NCBI GenBank assembly: GCA_022572355.1
Contig: JACZWC010000010.1
Coordinates: forward strand, 16,851-80,850
Direction: 5' to 3'
DNA length: 64,000 bases
Origin: Bacteroidota bacterium
GTDB taxonomy: Bacteria > Bacteroidota > Bacteroidia > NORP154
Under the pieces are notes generated by a model that saw only the letters and a list, made by a program, of their open reading frames with translations, ran no database searches and had not been told where the DNA came from. The position numbers were made by a program, and so were the translations under genes. The stretch's first letter is position 1. Each line of letters starts with the position of its first letter. Shown one piece after another: positions 46,401-55,263 of this stretch.

Positions 46401-49400
46401 TTAGTTCTCCTTCACAAATTTGGCAATATATTTCTCATCGTTAGCGGTTAAGGTAACCAGGTACATTCCCTGCTGGAAACCTGAGATATCTATGTTGAAC
46501 TTGTAGAAGGTACCATCAAACCTCTTTTCGTACACCAATTTACCCCGAGTATCATAAATCTTGATGGCCGCATTGTATTCAGGAGTCATTACGAAAACCG
46601 TATTGTTCTTAGCGCTGCCAAATACGATCTGCAGCATATCTCTTGCCGGGTTGGGCCTGACTGAAAATTCCAGCCCTTTTAAGATGTTTACAGCAACCAA
46701 ATCGGAATATGTATATGTTCCGTCATAATCTGTTTGCTTTAATCTGTAATATGACAAGCCATAGTAAGGATTCTCATCCACAGCTTCATAATAAAGCGTC
46801 TGATTACTTGATCCTGCTCCGGGAACTTGTACCACAAGATCAAAGTCAGTGGCATCACTTCTGCTCTTTTGGATTGTGAAATAGTCATTGTTCTCCTCAG
46901 AAGCGGTAGCCCAATCCAAATCTACGTTCTGCGTCTGGCTGTTGTAGGTGGCATTGAAGTCCAGTAGAGATATAGGCAATGGGCCTCCGCCTCCGCCTCC
47001 ACCGCTGTATGCTGTCCAGGTGCAAGTTACGTTGTTACCGGTGGTTGTTCCTGTCCAAGAATCCCAAGCCGAACCATTCCAATGATAGGAGGTGTTGATA
47101 GGTGTAATTCCGGAAAGCTCACCTGTTGTCCACCTGAATGTTAACTCCGCATCAAATACCACACTTGGCGTAATATCATACCACCTATCAATGTAATTGG
47201 CGTCTCCGGTTGCCGGTAGCAAGGTAGTCCCCGTAGGTAAATCTGTATTGTTATCTACACTGGTGTGCCAAGTTGCAATGGCGATGTCTGCTCCAGGGTC
47301 GCCACCGTCCTTTTCAAAATCAAATGGAATGTACTCACCGTCATATACAAATGGGAACACGAAAATATTAGCCCCGGCAGGGGTATTCGTCCAATTTATA
47401 TAACTGTTTTCGTTTTCACTGTAGATAAAACCGTTTGTCCTGCTAATATCCGTAATGGTGGCGGTAGCCTTAGCCATAGTTAGGGTATATGCGTTGAGTT
47501 TAAGAACGCCATTGGTCAGGGTTAGATTATTGTCCACAGTAACTGTTCTATTCATTTGAACACTATCAGCAGAATTGTCAATTGTGAGATCGTAAATACC
47601 AAGTGTCCCTGCACCAGATATATTTTGTTCAGAGCTTCCACTGAACTTAATTAGCCTGTCGTTTGAACCTGAATATGCGAGTGTTCCTGATCCCAAAACA
47701 GACAGGCTATCTCCCTGAATCTCAAAACCCGTTCCATCATTATTCAGGATATGAGCAAAATCTCCTCTTACCGTTATACTTCCCTTAACCAGTACCGGAC
47801 TGGCATTGGTGTTGGAGCTTCCGAATATTACAGCAGCATTACTGGAGCCGCCAACATCCAAATTTCCTTCAACTGTTGGGTAAAATCCACTCCCAATGAA
47901 ACTCATACCTGCCCATGCACCGCCTGAGGTATTTTCAATTATCAGCGTCGGATAGCAATTTCTTCCTGAGTTGGTTGATGTGATAGAAGGTGTGCCTGCT
48001 CCAGTATATCTGAAAATCCACTCGGCTGTAGACGGAACATTTCCACAAGTGGTTCCCCCGTCATAAGCATCCATCCAGCAATTGTTGCAGGTGCCGTTGT
48101 TTGCACGAATCAGCCTGCCTTTAGTACCGAACTTCCAATTACCTGTAAAGGAATGGCTTGTTGAGCCTTCGTCTACATAGGTACCGTTAATGATAAGGTC
48201 TACACCGGTGCCGTTAGCAACAGTAACCGTTCCTACTGAATAGGTAAGGGTGCCACCTAATTCCACAGTAACTTCATCATAGGTTACAGTAGCTGCAATC
48301 GTGACATTATCCCCATCCCTTATCTGTATGGTTCCATCGGTACTGGTAGGCGTTCCTCCCGGAACAGGTGTAGTCCAGGTAGAGCCATTGTCCGTTGAAT
48401 ACTCCCAGGTACTTGTGGTAAACCAATCACCTGTAGTAATTGACCTGTACAAGTTAGGACATCCCACGTCAATGGTATAGCTTGAAAGGGTGCGTGTTGT
48501 TTCATCACACGTGCCATCAGTAACAGTAACATAGATATTTTCAACATTTCCTGCACCGCCGGCATTGGCCAGGCTATAGCAATTGGCTGTACCACTTGAT
48601 AAAGGAGCACCGCCGGTGGCAGCTGCATACCAACTGTAAGTAGCGCCGCTGATGGGTGACGTTACGCACATAGATTCCGTCCCAACCATACATATAGTAA
48701 TAGATGGTATTGTCGGAGGTGTATCTGTACCCGTAACAACTGATACATCTCTGGTCGCACTGACACAACCTATACTGTTGGCCGCTTCCGCGTAGTAGCT
48801 GGTTGCTCCGGTCAACACAGGGCTTACCGTGTAGGTTATTCCACCGCCCAAGTTAGTGCCTCCAGAAGCGGCATCATACCATACATAATTGAATCCAGAT
48901 GTGGTGGGAGAAATTACTAAATCTGTACTGCCACCAATACACAGTGAAATAGCAGCAGGGACTATTACAGGTTCCGCAGGGAGATTTGAAATGGTTACGT
49001 TGTACAGAACAGGTGTTAATGCCCCACAACATCCGGATGTAATGGTTAGGGTTAGCGGGAAGACCAAAGGTCCGCCAGTAGAGTTGGTAAAAGTTACATC
49101 GGTAGGCACTGCAGCCGGAGAAGCAATCGATGAGGTCCCACCCGCAGGATCGGAGCATGTCCAGGCAAAAGTAAGTCCTGGCGTTCCTGCCTCGCTGCTC
49201 GAATAGTTATAGGTACCTGGGCAAGTATTATTTAAGCCCAGTACTGTACCAGTCGAAGGTGGATCCATTACAATATTTTGAAAACCGAGATAAGTGTAGT
49301 TCGTACCGTTGTCGTATTGGATGGTTTTTCTACCTGTCGCACCAGGGTCGTATTGCGCCGTAACCGGATCGCCGGTAGGCGTGAGCGGAACAGCCCCGGA

Positions 49401-50846
49401 ACCGAGGTTCCATGTTCCTGAAGCAGGTGCATCATAGTTAACATCTACCTGGGTACAGGTAGTATTGTCTTCAACAATTATTGGAAAGGCGCTAATCGCC
49501 TCATTCGTACCCACTTCAGAACCATTCGCGTATACCAATCCATCTGTACCACCTGTTCCGGCGGTGGCCGTCATTTCGCAATCATCCACAGTTCCGCCCA
49601 AGGCATCAGGTGAATGAACACTATATGCGTCACCAGCAGCAACTGCAGGGCAGGCAGTGCACGCTGTACACGAACCCCCACAATCGATTCCAGTTTCATT
49701 TCCATTGAGCAATCCGTCACTACATGTGCTTGCTACACACACCGTCTTTCCCGTTGAACCAACTGTTTCGTAAGTGGCAGTCCAACCTTCATAACTAGAT
49801 CCAGCGCACCATTTAATGATCCTTATATAAGCGTAACCGGTACCATCATTAACTTCCACGCACAAATTGGGGAGCGTTCCCGAGCAAGTGGCGCTGCCAA
49901 AACATGATGCACCTACAGCTTCATCATAAATGAACTGTAGTGCACTGGCATTGTTGTAAACCCTGATTTCATCATAATCGCCCACACACATTGCGGTATT
50001 TAAGGCAATAGCAGAAAAGCAGATTTTAATATCCCCCGCCGTTCCATTGCCGAGCTTATAGCCGGGAGAACCTATGTTGATCGTATAATTAGAAGCCGGC
50101 CCAGCATTATCATACGTTGTACCACAACAAAAAGGTAGAGTTCCTCCTGCGGTACAGTTACCCGTGCCACAAGTTCCGCACATGTTGCATACTCCTCCGC
50201 AATCTATAGCATCTTCATCTTGATTTTGGATTCCATCAACACATGTTCCACCGCAAGGAGGGCAATCAGGCCCACCACAATCCACACCGGTTTCCTGGCA
50301 GTCTTGTATTCCATTGCCACAATTGGGCTTGGCAATGCAATCGGCAGCACCATTAATATTATCATCAAGAGTGACAGTATATGTTCCAGCAGTCCAGCGA
50401 ACCTGGAAAATGTAGGTCGTACTTGCACTCATACCTGAAATTACATAAGTACTGCTACCGCAATTATCATCCTGTGTCGTTCCGGCAAGAACAGGAGTAT
50501 TGCAATCCGCACCAAACATTAGTACAGTCGCGTCGGGAACTACAGTAATTTCAACGTCGCTTCCGCTCCCATCCGTTGTGAACTGATAAAATAAAACCGC
50601 ATCATTGGACTGAGAAGTAACGCAACCAAAGGTAAATCCGCCGTTACAGTCGTCAATTACCTCTCCTGTATAACAATCACCCATACTCATGATCCTGTTG
50701 GCAGCTCCACAGATACCAGCAGATGCGCCATTTATACTGTAGTTGGCGCCAGGCGTACAGAATGCTGCATAGCTATTATCCACCACTGACACCATAAAGA
50801 ACCCGGTCAGGGTAACAAGTGATAAATATTTAAGCAACTTTTTCAT
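46401..50846 (-). CDS. Giant secreted Cys-rich multidomain protein (1481 aa), T9SS type-A C-terminal sorting domain
   Basis: Signal peptide. Three Cys-rich modules (CGNGIQDCQETGVDCGGPDCPPC, CVDGIQNQDEDAIDCGGVCNMC, CSDGLLNGNETGIDCGGSCTAC). Ig-like modules (C.GGSTDL......Y.WYDAASGG), beta-helix-like Thr/Gly-rich regions, a G7 run, and the CTD RPNPARDMLQIVF...GMYLVTL...KFVKEN. Confidence 0.85.
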   Translation of the reverse strand: MKKLLKYLSLVTLTGFFMVSVVDNSYAAFCTPGANYSINGASAGICGAANRIMSMGDCYTGEVIDDCNGGFTFGCVTSQSNDAVLFYQFTTDGSGSDVEITVVPDATVLMFGADCNTPVLAGTTQDDNCGSSTYVISGMSASTTYIFQVRWTAGTYTVTLDDNINGAADCIAKPNCGNGIQDCQETGVDCGGPDCPPCGGTCVDGIQNQDEDAIDCGGVCNMCGTCGTGNCTAGGTLPFCCGTTYDNAGPASNYTINIGSPGYKLGNGTAGDIKICFSAIALNTAMCVGDYDEIRVYNNASALQFIYDEAVGASCFGSATCSGTLPNLCVEVNDGTGYAYIRIIKWCAGSSYEGWTATYETVGSTGKTVCVASTCSDGLLNGNETGIDCGGSCTACTACPAVAAGDAYSVHSPDALGGTVDDCEMTATAGTGGTDGLVYANGSEVGTNEAISAFPIIVEDNTTCTQVDVNYDAPASGTWNLGSGAVPLTPTGDPVTAQYDPGATGRKTIQYDNGTNYTYLGFQNIVMDPPSTGTVLGLNNTCPGTYNYSSSEAGTPGLTFAWTCSDPAGGTSSIASPAAVPTDVTFTNSTGGPLVFPLTLTITSGCCGALTPVLYNVTISNLPAEPVIVPAAISLCIGGSTDLVISPTTSGFNYVWYDAASGGTNLGGGITYTVSPVLTGATSYYAEAANSIGCVSATRDVSVVTGTDTPPTIPSITICMVGTESMCVTSPISGATYSWYAAATGGAPLSSGTANCYSLANAGGAGNVENIYVTVTDGTCDETTRTLSSYTIDVGCPNLYRSITTGDWFTTSTWEYSTDNGSTWTTPVPGGTPTSTDGTIQIRDGDNVTIAATVTYDEVTVELGGTLTYSVGTVTVANGTGVDLIINGTYVDEGSTSHSFTGNWKFGTKGRLIRANNGTCNNCWMDAYDGGTTCGNVPSTAEWIFRYTGAGTPSITSTNSGRNCYPTLIIENTSGGAWAGMSFIGSGFYPTVEGNLDVGGSSNAAVIFGSSNTNASPVLVKGSITVRGDFAHILNNDGTGFEIQGDSLSVLGSGTLAYSGSNDRLIKFSGSSEQNISGAGTLGIYDLTIDNSADSVQMNRTVTVDNNLTLTNGVLKLNAYTLTMAKATATITDISRTNGFIYSENENSYINWTNTPAGANIFVFPFVYDGEYIPFDFEKDGGDPGADIAIATWHTSVDNNTDLPTGTTLLPATGDANYIDRWYDITPSVVFDAELTFRWTTGELSGITPINTSYHWNGSAWDSWTGTTTGNNVTCTWTAYSGGGGGGGPLPISLLDFNATYNSQTQNVDLDWATASEENNDYFTIQKSRSDATDFDLVVQVPGAGSSNQTLYYEAVDENPYYGLSYYRLKQTDYDGTYTYSDLVAVNILKGLEFSVRPNPARDMLQIVFGSAKNNTVFVMTPEYNAAIKIYDTRGKLVYEKRFDGTFYKFNIDISGFQQGMYLVTLTANDEKYIAKFVKEN

Positions 50847-50867
50847 TCTCTTCTCAACCTATTCTCA

Positions 50868-52862
50868 TTATGGGTTCGCGCCTACTCCCGCATCAATGTA
50901 ACACCTAATAATACTATAGCCCGTAGAACTCGCGCCCATTAATCTAATTCCATAATTGGTAACTTCCGTAGCGTTAGCATGCCCCGTTACGTTGGCGCTT
51001 CCAGGAAGTTCTATCCTAATGTCTTGTATCCTCCAGTCATCTGCACTTGACGTTATTGCGATTGCCGTGCATGTTTTGGAGTCATCGCTATCCGCCGTAT
51101 TATCTCTTCTGATCGTAGTTGAATTCGCAGCACCTGACAGGTCGCTGGTTTTGGTTGTATAAGCAGAGTTATAGCCTCCTTCGATGGTAATAAAATCGTT
51201 TAAAGTAACTTTATCACTGAATGAATATATGCCAACCGCCATTTTAATGATTGAAGCAGTACACAATGAGGCTGTAATGGCTGAACTTAAGTCTGTAGGT
51301 GTAGCCTTGGTTAATCCGTCTCCTCCTCCTGCGGTTGATACGTAATATATGTTACAAGCTCCCGTTGCTCCACCAGAAGCCACTGTAATCGTGGATGAGG
51401 CTGTATTGCTTACGCAACCAGATGTTGTGGTAGACTGTACCGTATAAGTCCCAGCACCTTCAGTAATGGACGGAGTGGTTGCACCCGTACTCCATAAATA
51501 CGTACATCCAACACAGGCAACACCATCTACAGTAGTAGTTGCTGCGAGGCTCGCTGTTCCACTACAAATCTGTGGATCAACGGGTGTAATTGAAACAATA
51601 ACACTTTCCAATAATATTATTTGTGAGGCTCTTTTGGTACAACCTCCATAAGTAACGGCTACCGTGTAAGTCGTATTTGCAATTGGGTTCACAGTGAAGA
51701 TGCCAGTTGTGTTGGACTGAGGCCCGGGTGTAAGGGTGTAGGTACCTCCGGATGGAGCGCCAGTTGCCGTTAAAGTTACCGCCGTTCCCGGCACACATAT
51801 ACCATTGGTACTGGCAGTCATTGCAACTACACCCAACATGTCAAAGTTTATAAGGCCAGGGTCTATTGCGAATTTACCACAGAGATTTGCAAGGACGTGG
51901 CTGCTATTGATTTCAATACTATAATTTGCAGCGCCCAGCGTACCGTTATGTGTAAATAATATATCCTTTGTTTTGCCACCAACACATCCAGTACCCGCTA
52001 CAGAAAGCAAATCAGCATTTACAGATACTGGTCCTGGGTACTGAAGAAAATTGAAATCACCTAATGTTGTTGCTGTGAGGCAATCCACGTAGTCATCCAT
52101 GGTAAGGGTAAAAGTGTTTGCGGTACATGAAGTAGAGACACTAACCGTTGACGGCCCAGGGTTTGGATCCTGCAGTGTGGCACCTCCTGTGAAGGTGATG
52201 GTATATCCATTTGTACTTGCCGACCAGTTATCGATGATGATAACGTAGGTTTGGGGTGGTGTGAGGCCGGAACCGCCGAGTTCCCATCCATTCATCATTT
52301 TCGGGCCTGTTCCTCCAACAGATAACGGTGATTCATCCTGGTTTGATGGAGTACAACCGGTTGTTCCAGATGCACCTGACCAATTGCACCTGATAGGAGT
52401 AGCACCCACCACATTGCCACAACCTCCGAGTGCAGTTAAATTATACACGGCAAAATCATAATCATCATTGCCATCAACCGGATCAATGTCAAAGCCAACT
52501 GTTCCTGTAGAAGTAGCCTCAAAAGTGTACCATACCGAATTTGTTTCGCCAGCAAGGAGGCAGCCAGTTGTAATTTCCTGGGTGCTGCCTGAACCGGTGT
52601 AGGAATTCAATTCAGTAAACGAAGTGCTGCTGCATATTCCAATGGCGTTGGCACAATCCTGTTCTGCTCCATTAATAAGCGTTACGGGCGGGGCGCCCCC
52701 CTTCGCCAAAAGAGCAAGCTTGGCCATCTTGGCACTAACTTGAGCAGCAGTTGGATAATTGCTCTTTTGAGCATAAGTGTTGCTTACCACAACTAAACAA
52801 CAAGACAATATGCTTACGGTAAGCGCGGAATAAAAATACTTTACGTGATTCAGAATCTTCAC
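50868..52862 (-). CDS. Secreted multidomain protein (664 aa) without recognisable T9SS CTD
   Basis: GTG start overlaps the upstream stop (GTGA). Signal peptide, then an N-terminal Cys-containing jelly-roll-like domain (DCANAIGICS...NSVWYTFEA...DDYDFAVY). Ig-like modules follow (ICSGTASLAATT...YLWSTGATTPSIT). It ends inside a beta-helix-like region (NIYYVSTAGGGDGLTKATP...). Confidence 0.75.
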   Translation of the reverse strand: MKILNHVKYFYSALTVSILSCCLVVVSNTYAQKSNYPTAAQVSAKMAKLALLAKGGAPPVTLINGAEQDCANAIGICSSTSFTELNSYTGSGSTQEITTGCLLAGETNSVWYTFEATSTGTVGFDIDPVDGNDDYDFAVYNLTALGGCGNVVGATPIRCNWSGASGTTGCTPSNQDESPLSVGGTGPKMMNGWELGGSGLTPPQTYVIIIDNWSASTNGYTITFTGGATLQDPNPGPSTVSVSTSCTANTFTLTMDDYVDCLTATTLGDFNFLQYPGPVSVNADLLSVAGTGCVGGKTKDILFTHNGTLGAANYSIEINSSHVLANLCGKFAIDPGLINFDMLGVVAMTASTNGICVPGTAVTLTATGAPSGGTYTLTPGPQSNTTGIFTVNPIANTTYTVAVTYGGCTKRASQIILLESVIVSITPVDPQICSGTASLAATTTVDGVACVGCTYLWSTGATTPSITEGAGTYTVQSTTTSGCVSNTASSTITVASGGATGACNIYYVSTAGGGDGLTKATPTDLSSAITASLCTASIIKMAVGIYSFSDKVTLNDFITIEGGYNSAYTTKTSDLSGAANSTTIRRDNTADSDDSKTCTAIAITSSADDWRIQDIRIELPGSANVTGHANATEVTNYGIRLMGASSTGYSIIRCYIDAGVGANP

Positions 52863-53179
52863 TTAGGCTTCGTTAAATTGTCTTCTTCTTTTATCTTAGA
52901 ATTTTTCTTTTTTTCTTCTCCGGAATTCAATTGTATTCTTGCTGGCATCGCATCTACATTCATATTGCCTATTGCAACTTCCTCTGGTGTGGGTTCTCTT
53001 TCCACAAAGTTTTCCGTTGCGCAATTGAGTTTATCGACTTTTTGCAGGGTTGATTTCTGATTAGGATCGTTATTTTCATTAACAACGGCCTGTCCAAAGC
53101 ACACACCGCCAACCAAGACAAACAACAATGCCAGAGATACACGATGTTTAGCCCTATGTGGATTGTTACTGTATATCAT
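52859..53179 (-). CDS. Small secreted/charged hypothetical protein (106 aa), first gene of the minus-strand cargo operon
   Basis: Hydrophobic signal-like segment VSLALLFVLVGGVCFGQA and a Lys/Glu-rich tail. Its stop overlaps the next gene's start by 4 nt. Confidence 0.45.
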   Translation of the reverse strand: MIYSNNPHRAKHRVSLALLFVLVGGVCFGQAVVNENNDPNQKSTLQKVDKLNCATENFVEREPTPEEVAIGNMNVDAMPARIQLNSGEEKKKNSKIKEEDNLTKPK

Positions 53180-53675
53180 TACTTATTCTCTACGACTATA
53201 AAATGAAGACGTGCAGCTATTAAAAATAGTTGCCTTTGCTATAGTTTATTTATACGTAATTAAGGTTAAATGGTTCCACCCTACTTAATTTAGACAATTA
53301 CCAATAAACTTACCCCCATTTAGTCATCAAATTTAGTTACTCGGCTATCGCTTAAAATTCCCCGTATCTTTTATTAATTAAATTCTCCCGTAATTAACTT
53401 TCTTAAAGAACTATTTGGATTATTCCTTTCGAAACGAATTATTTGAACTGTTAAATCCTCTTCTATAAAATATTATTTTTTTGATCTTTACCTTCGTTTA
53501 GGTAAGGTAATTATTTATTTTGTTTTCGCACAGTTATTACCCGTGTTTTTATCCAGTTTTAGACGAATAATCTTATTGAGCCGACGAAAAACAAGTATCT
53601 GAAAATATTGCCATTAATTTAGATTTGCAGCTTGTAATGGGCATTTTACCTTAATTTTATATGCATAATTTGTTC

Positions 53676-53705
53676 TTTGTTTTTAGCCTATTTGTTTTTA
53701 GCCTA
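53676..53705. repeat. Perfect 15-bp tandem duplication (tttgtttttagccta x2) 4 nt upstream of the ATG at 53710
   Basis: Read directly: 53676-53690 and 53691-53705 are identical. Confidence 0.9.
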
Positions 53706-53709
53706 AAAG

Positions 53710-55263
53710 ATGAGTAAAAACAAGATTTATCTTCTTACCGCCTTTTTAGAGGGATTGTCTGTAATGACAGTTGAATTGGCCGGAGCCCAGATGATGAGTT
53801 CCTTTTATGGTTCTTCCCTATACGTATGGTGTTCAGTATTGGGGATTACTTTGCTGGGCTTAACCTGCGGTTATTTCCTGGGCGGAAAGTTATCTGAAAA
53901 ATTCCCAAGTGAATTCACGTTATATTTCATTTTATTTCCTGCATCTGGATTGATAGTACTGATGCCATTAATTGGCGAGTATACAATGACCATAGCATTG
54001 AATCTCAATTTAATTGAAGGTATAATAAGGTCCGGAATGGTGCTGTTATTTCCTCCTTTGGTTTTATTGGGCATGATTTGCCCAATCCTTATCAAACAGA
54101 TTGCAAAGGAAGTAACTGTATCTGGCAAATCAGCCGGAACTATATTTTCAATTTCTACGGTAGGCGGAATAGTGGCAGCCTTGTCATTGGGCTTTTATGT
54201 GATCCCAAATTTTGGAGTGAGTAAAAGCGTTTTTATTGTAGGAGGCATATTGGGTCTGTATAGTTTAGTATACTCTCTATATTATAGAAAGATGGGACAT
54301 GTTTTCGTGACTATTATTGTAATTGGATTTGTGCTTTTAAGTATTCGTCAACGGTATACTGTAACAACCAAAAGCTCTAAATTCAATGTCATTTATTCTT
54401 CCGAAGGAATCTTGGGTCAAATTAGGGTAGTTGACGATATTACAGATGTAAGAACACTGCTTGTAAACAACATACCTCAAACCAAAATGCATAAAACAGG
54501 GCGTTCCCTGTGGCCTTATGTTTATCGAATCGCTACTTATGCATCAGTAAAACCGCAAGGATCAAGAGTTTTGCTCGCTGGTGTTGGAGGGGGTAACCTG
54601 GCAAATGAAATGCATGTGTTAGGATTTGATGTCGAAATGGTAGATATAGATAGTAGAATGTCTATGATAGCTCAAAACTACTTTAATGCGGTCAAAGAGA
54701 TAGACACGCATATAGATGATTTCAGGCATTTTGTTAAAACAACAGCAAAAAGATATGATATAATAATTATAGATCTAAGTGCGGGTGAGGATATTCCCTC
54801 TAACGTGTTCACTATAGAAGCATTTCAGGAGTTAAAGATGGTACTCGCAAATGAAGGAGTAGTGTTTATACACTATTTAAGCACTTTGGTAGGTGATGGG
54901 ATGATGGCAGTAGAGTCAATTGGAAATACGATTCAAGCGGCGGGATTTGATGTTAGGATGCTCAACACGTTTCCGCAAATAGACCGTGTTTCAGAATTGA
55001 TTTTTGTAGCATCTGAGCAACCCTTAGATTTTAGTGCTCTTAGCTATAGAATAGATCCTGAAATCCCAAACAGATTAAATTTCCCATTGACGAATAATAT
55101 CTATTTAAAGGATGTTGTATTTGAAAATGGCTTGATACTAACTGATGATCAACCAATATTAGATGTCATTCAGCAAAAATCAACAATGCTGATGCGTAGA
55201 AATAACATTAAGCGTGTTATAAAACCGTTAATAGAAGATAACATAGATATTCTGCTTAATTAA
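53710..55263 (+). CDS. Fused polytopic-membrane / spermidine-synthase-like (SpeE-fold) protein, paralogue 1
   Basis: About 210 aa of TM helices, then a Rossmann SpeE-like half (VLLAGVGGGNLANEM, DIIIIDLSAGEDIPSNVFTIEAF). Collinear with the 61013..62575 protein. Confidence 0.75.
   Translation: MSKNKIYLLTAFLEGLSVMTVELAGAQMMSSFYGSSLYVWCSVLGITLLGLTCGYFLGGKLSEKFPSEFTLYFILFPASGLIVLMPLIGEYTMTIALNLNLIEGIIRSGMVLLFPPLVLLGMICPILIKQIAKEVTVSGKSAGTIFSISTVGGIVAALSLGFYVIPNFGVSKSVFIVGGILGLYSLVYSLYYRKMGHVFVTIIVIGFVLLSIRQRYTVTTKSSKFNVIYSSEGILGQIRVVDDITDVRTLLVNNIPQTKMHKTGRSLWPYVYRIATYASVKPQGSRVLLAGVGGGNLANEMHVLGFDVEMVDIDSRMSMIAQNYFNAVKEIDTHIDDFRHFVKTTAKRYDIIIIDLSAGEDIPSNVFTIEAFQELKMVLANEGVVFIHYLSTLVGDGMMAVESIGNTIQAAGFDVRMLNTFPQIDRVSELIFVASEQPLDFSALSYRIDPEIPNRLNFPLTNNIYLKDVVFENGLILTDDQPILDVIQQKSTMLMRRNNIKRVIKPLIEDNIDILLN

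Noticed and set aside
46222-46404. 60-aa ORF between the convergent giant genes, and the 34-aa ORF at ~19267-19370 overlapping the katG stop
   Set aside because: They are short with no motifs, and they overlap or abut the 3' ends of strong genes. A ggggat-gtaagaa-atcccc hairpin (~46340-46358) in the first one suggests terminator sequence rather than coding.
50847-50870. Possibility that the 664-aa and 1481-aa ORFs are one gene split by a frameshift or stop
   Set aside because: The downstream ORF begins with its own ATG and a typical signal peptide (MKKLLKYLSLVTLTGFFMVSVVDNSYA) 21 bp after the upstream stop. I therefore treat them as separate genes, although truncation of the upstream one remains possible.
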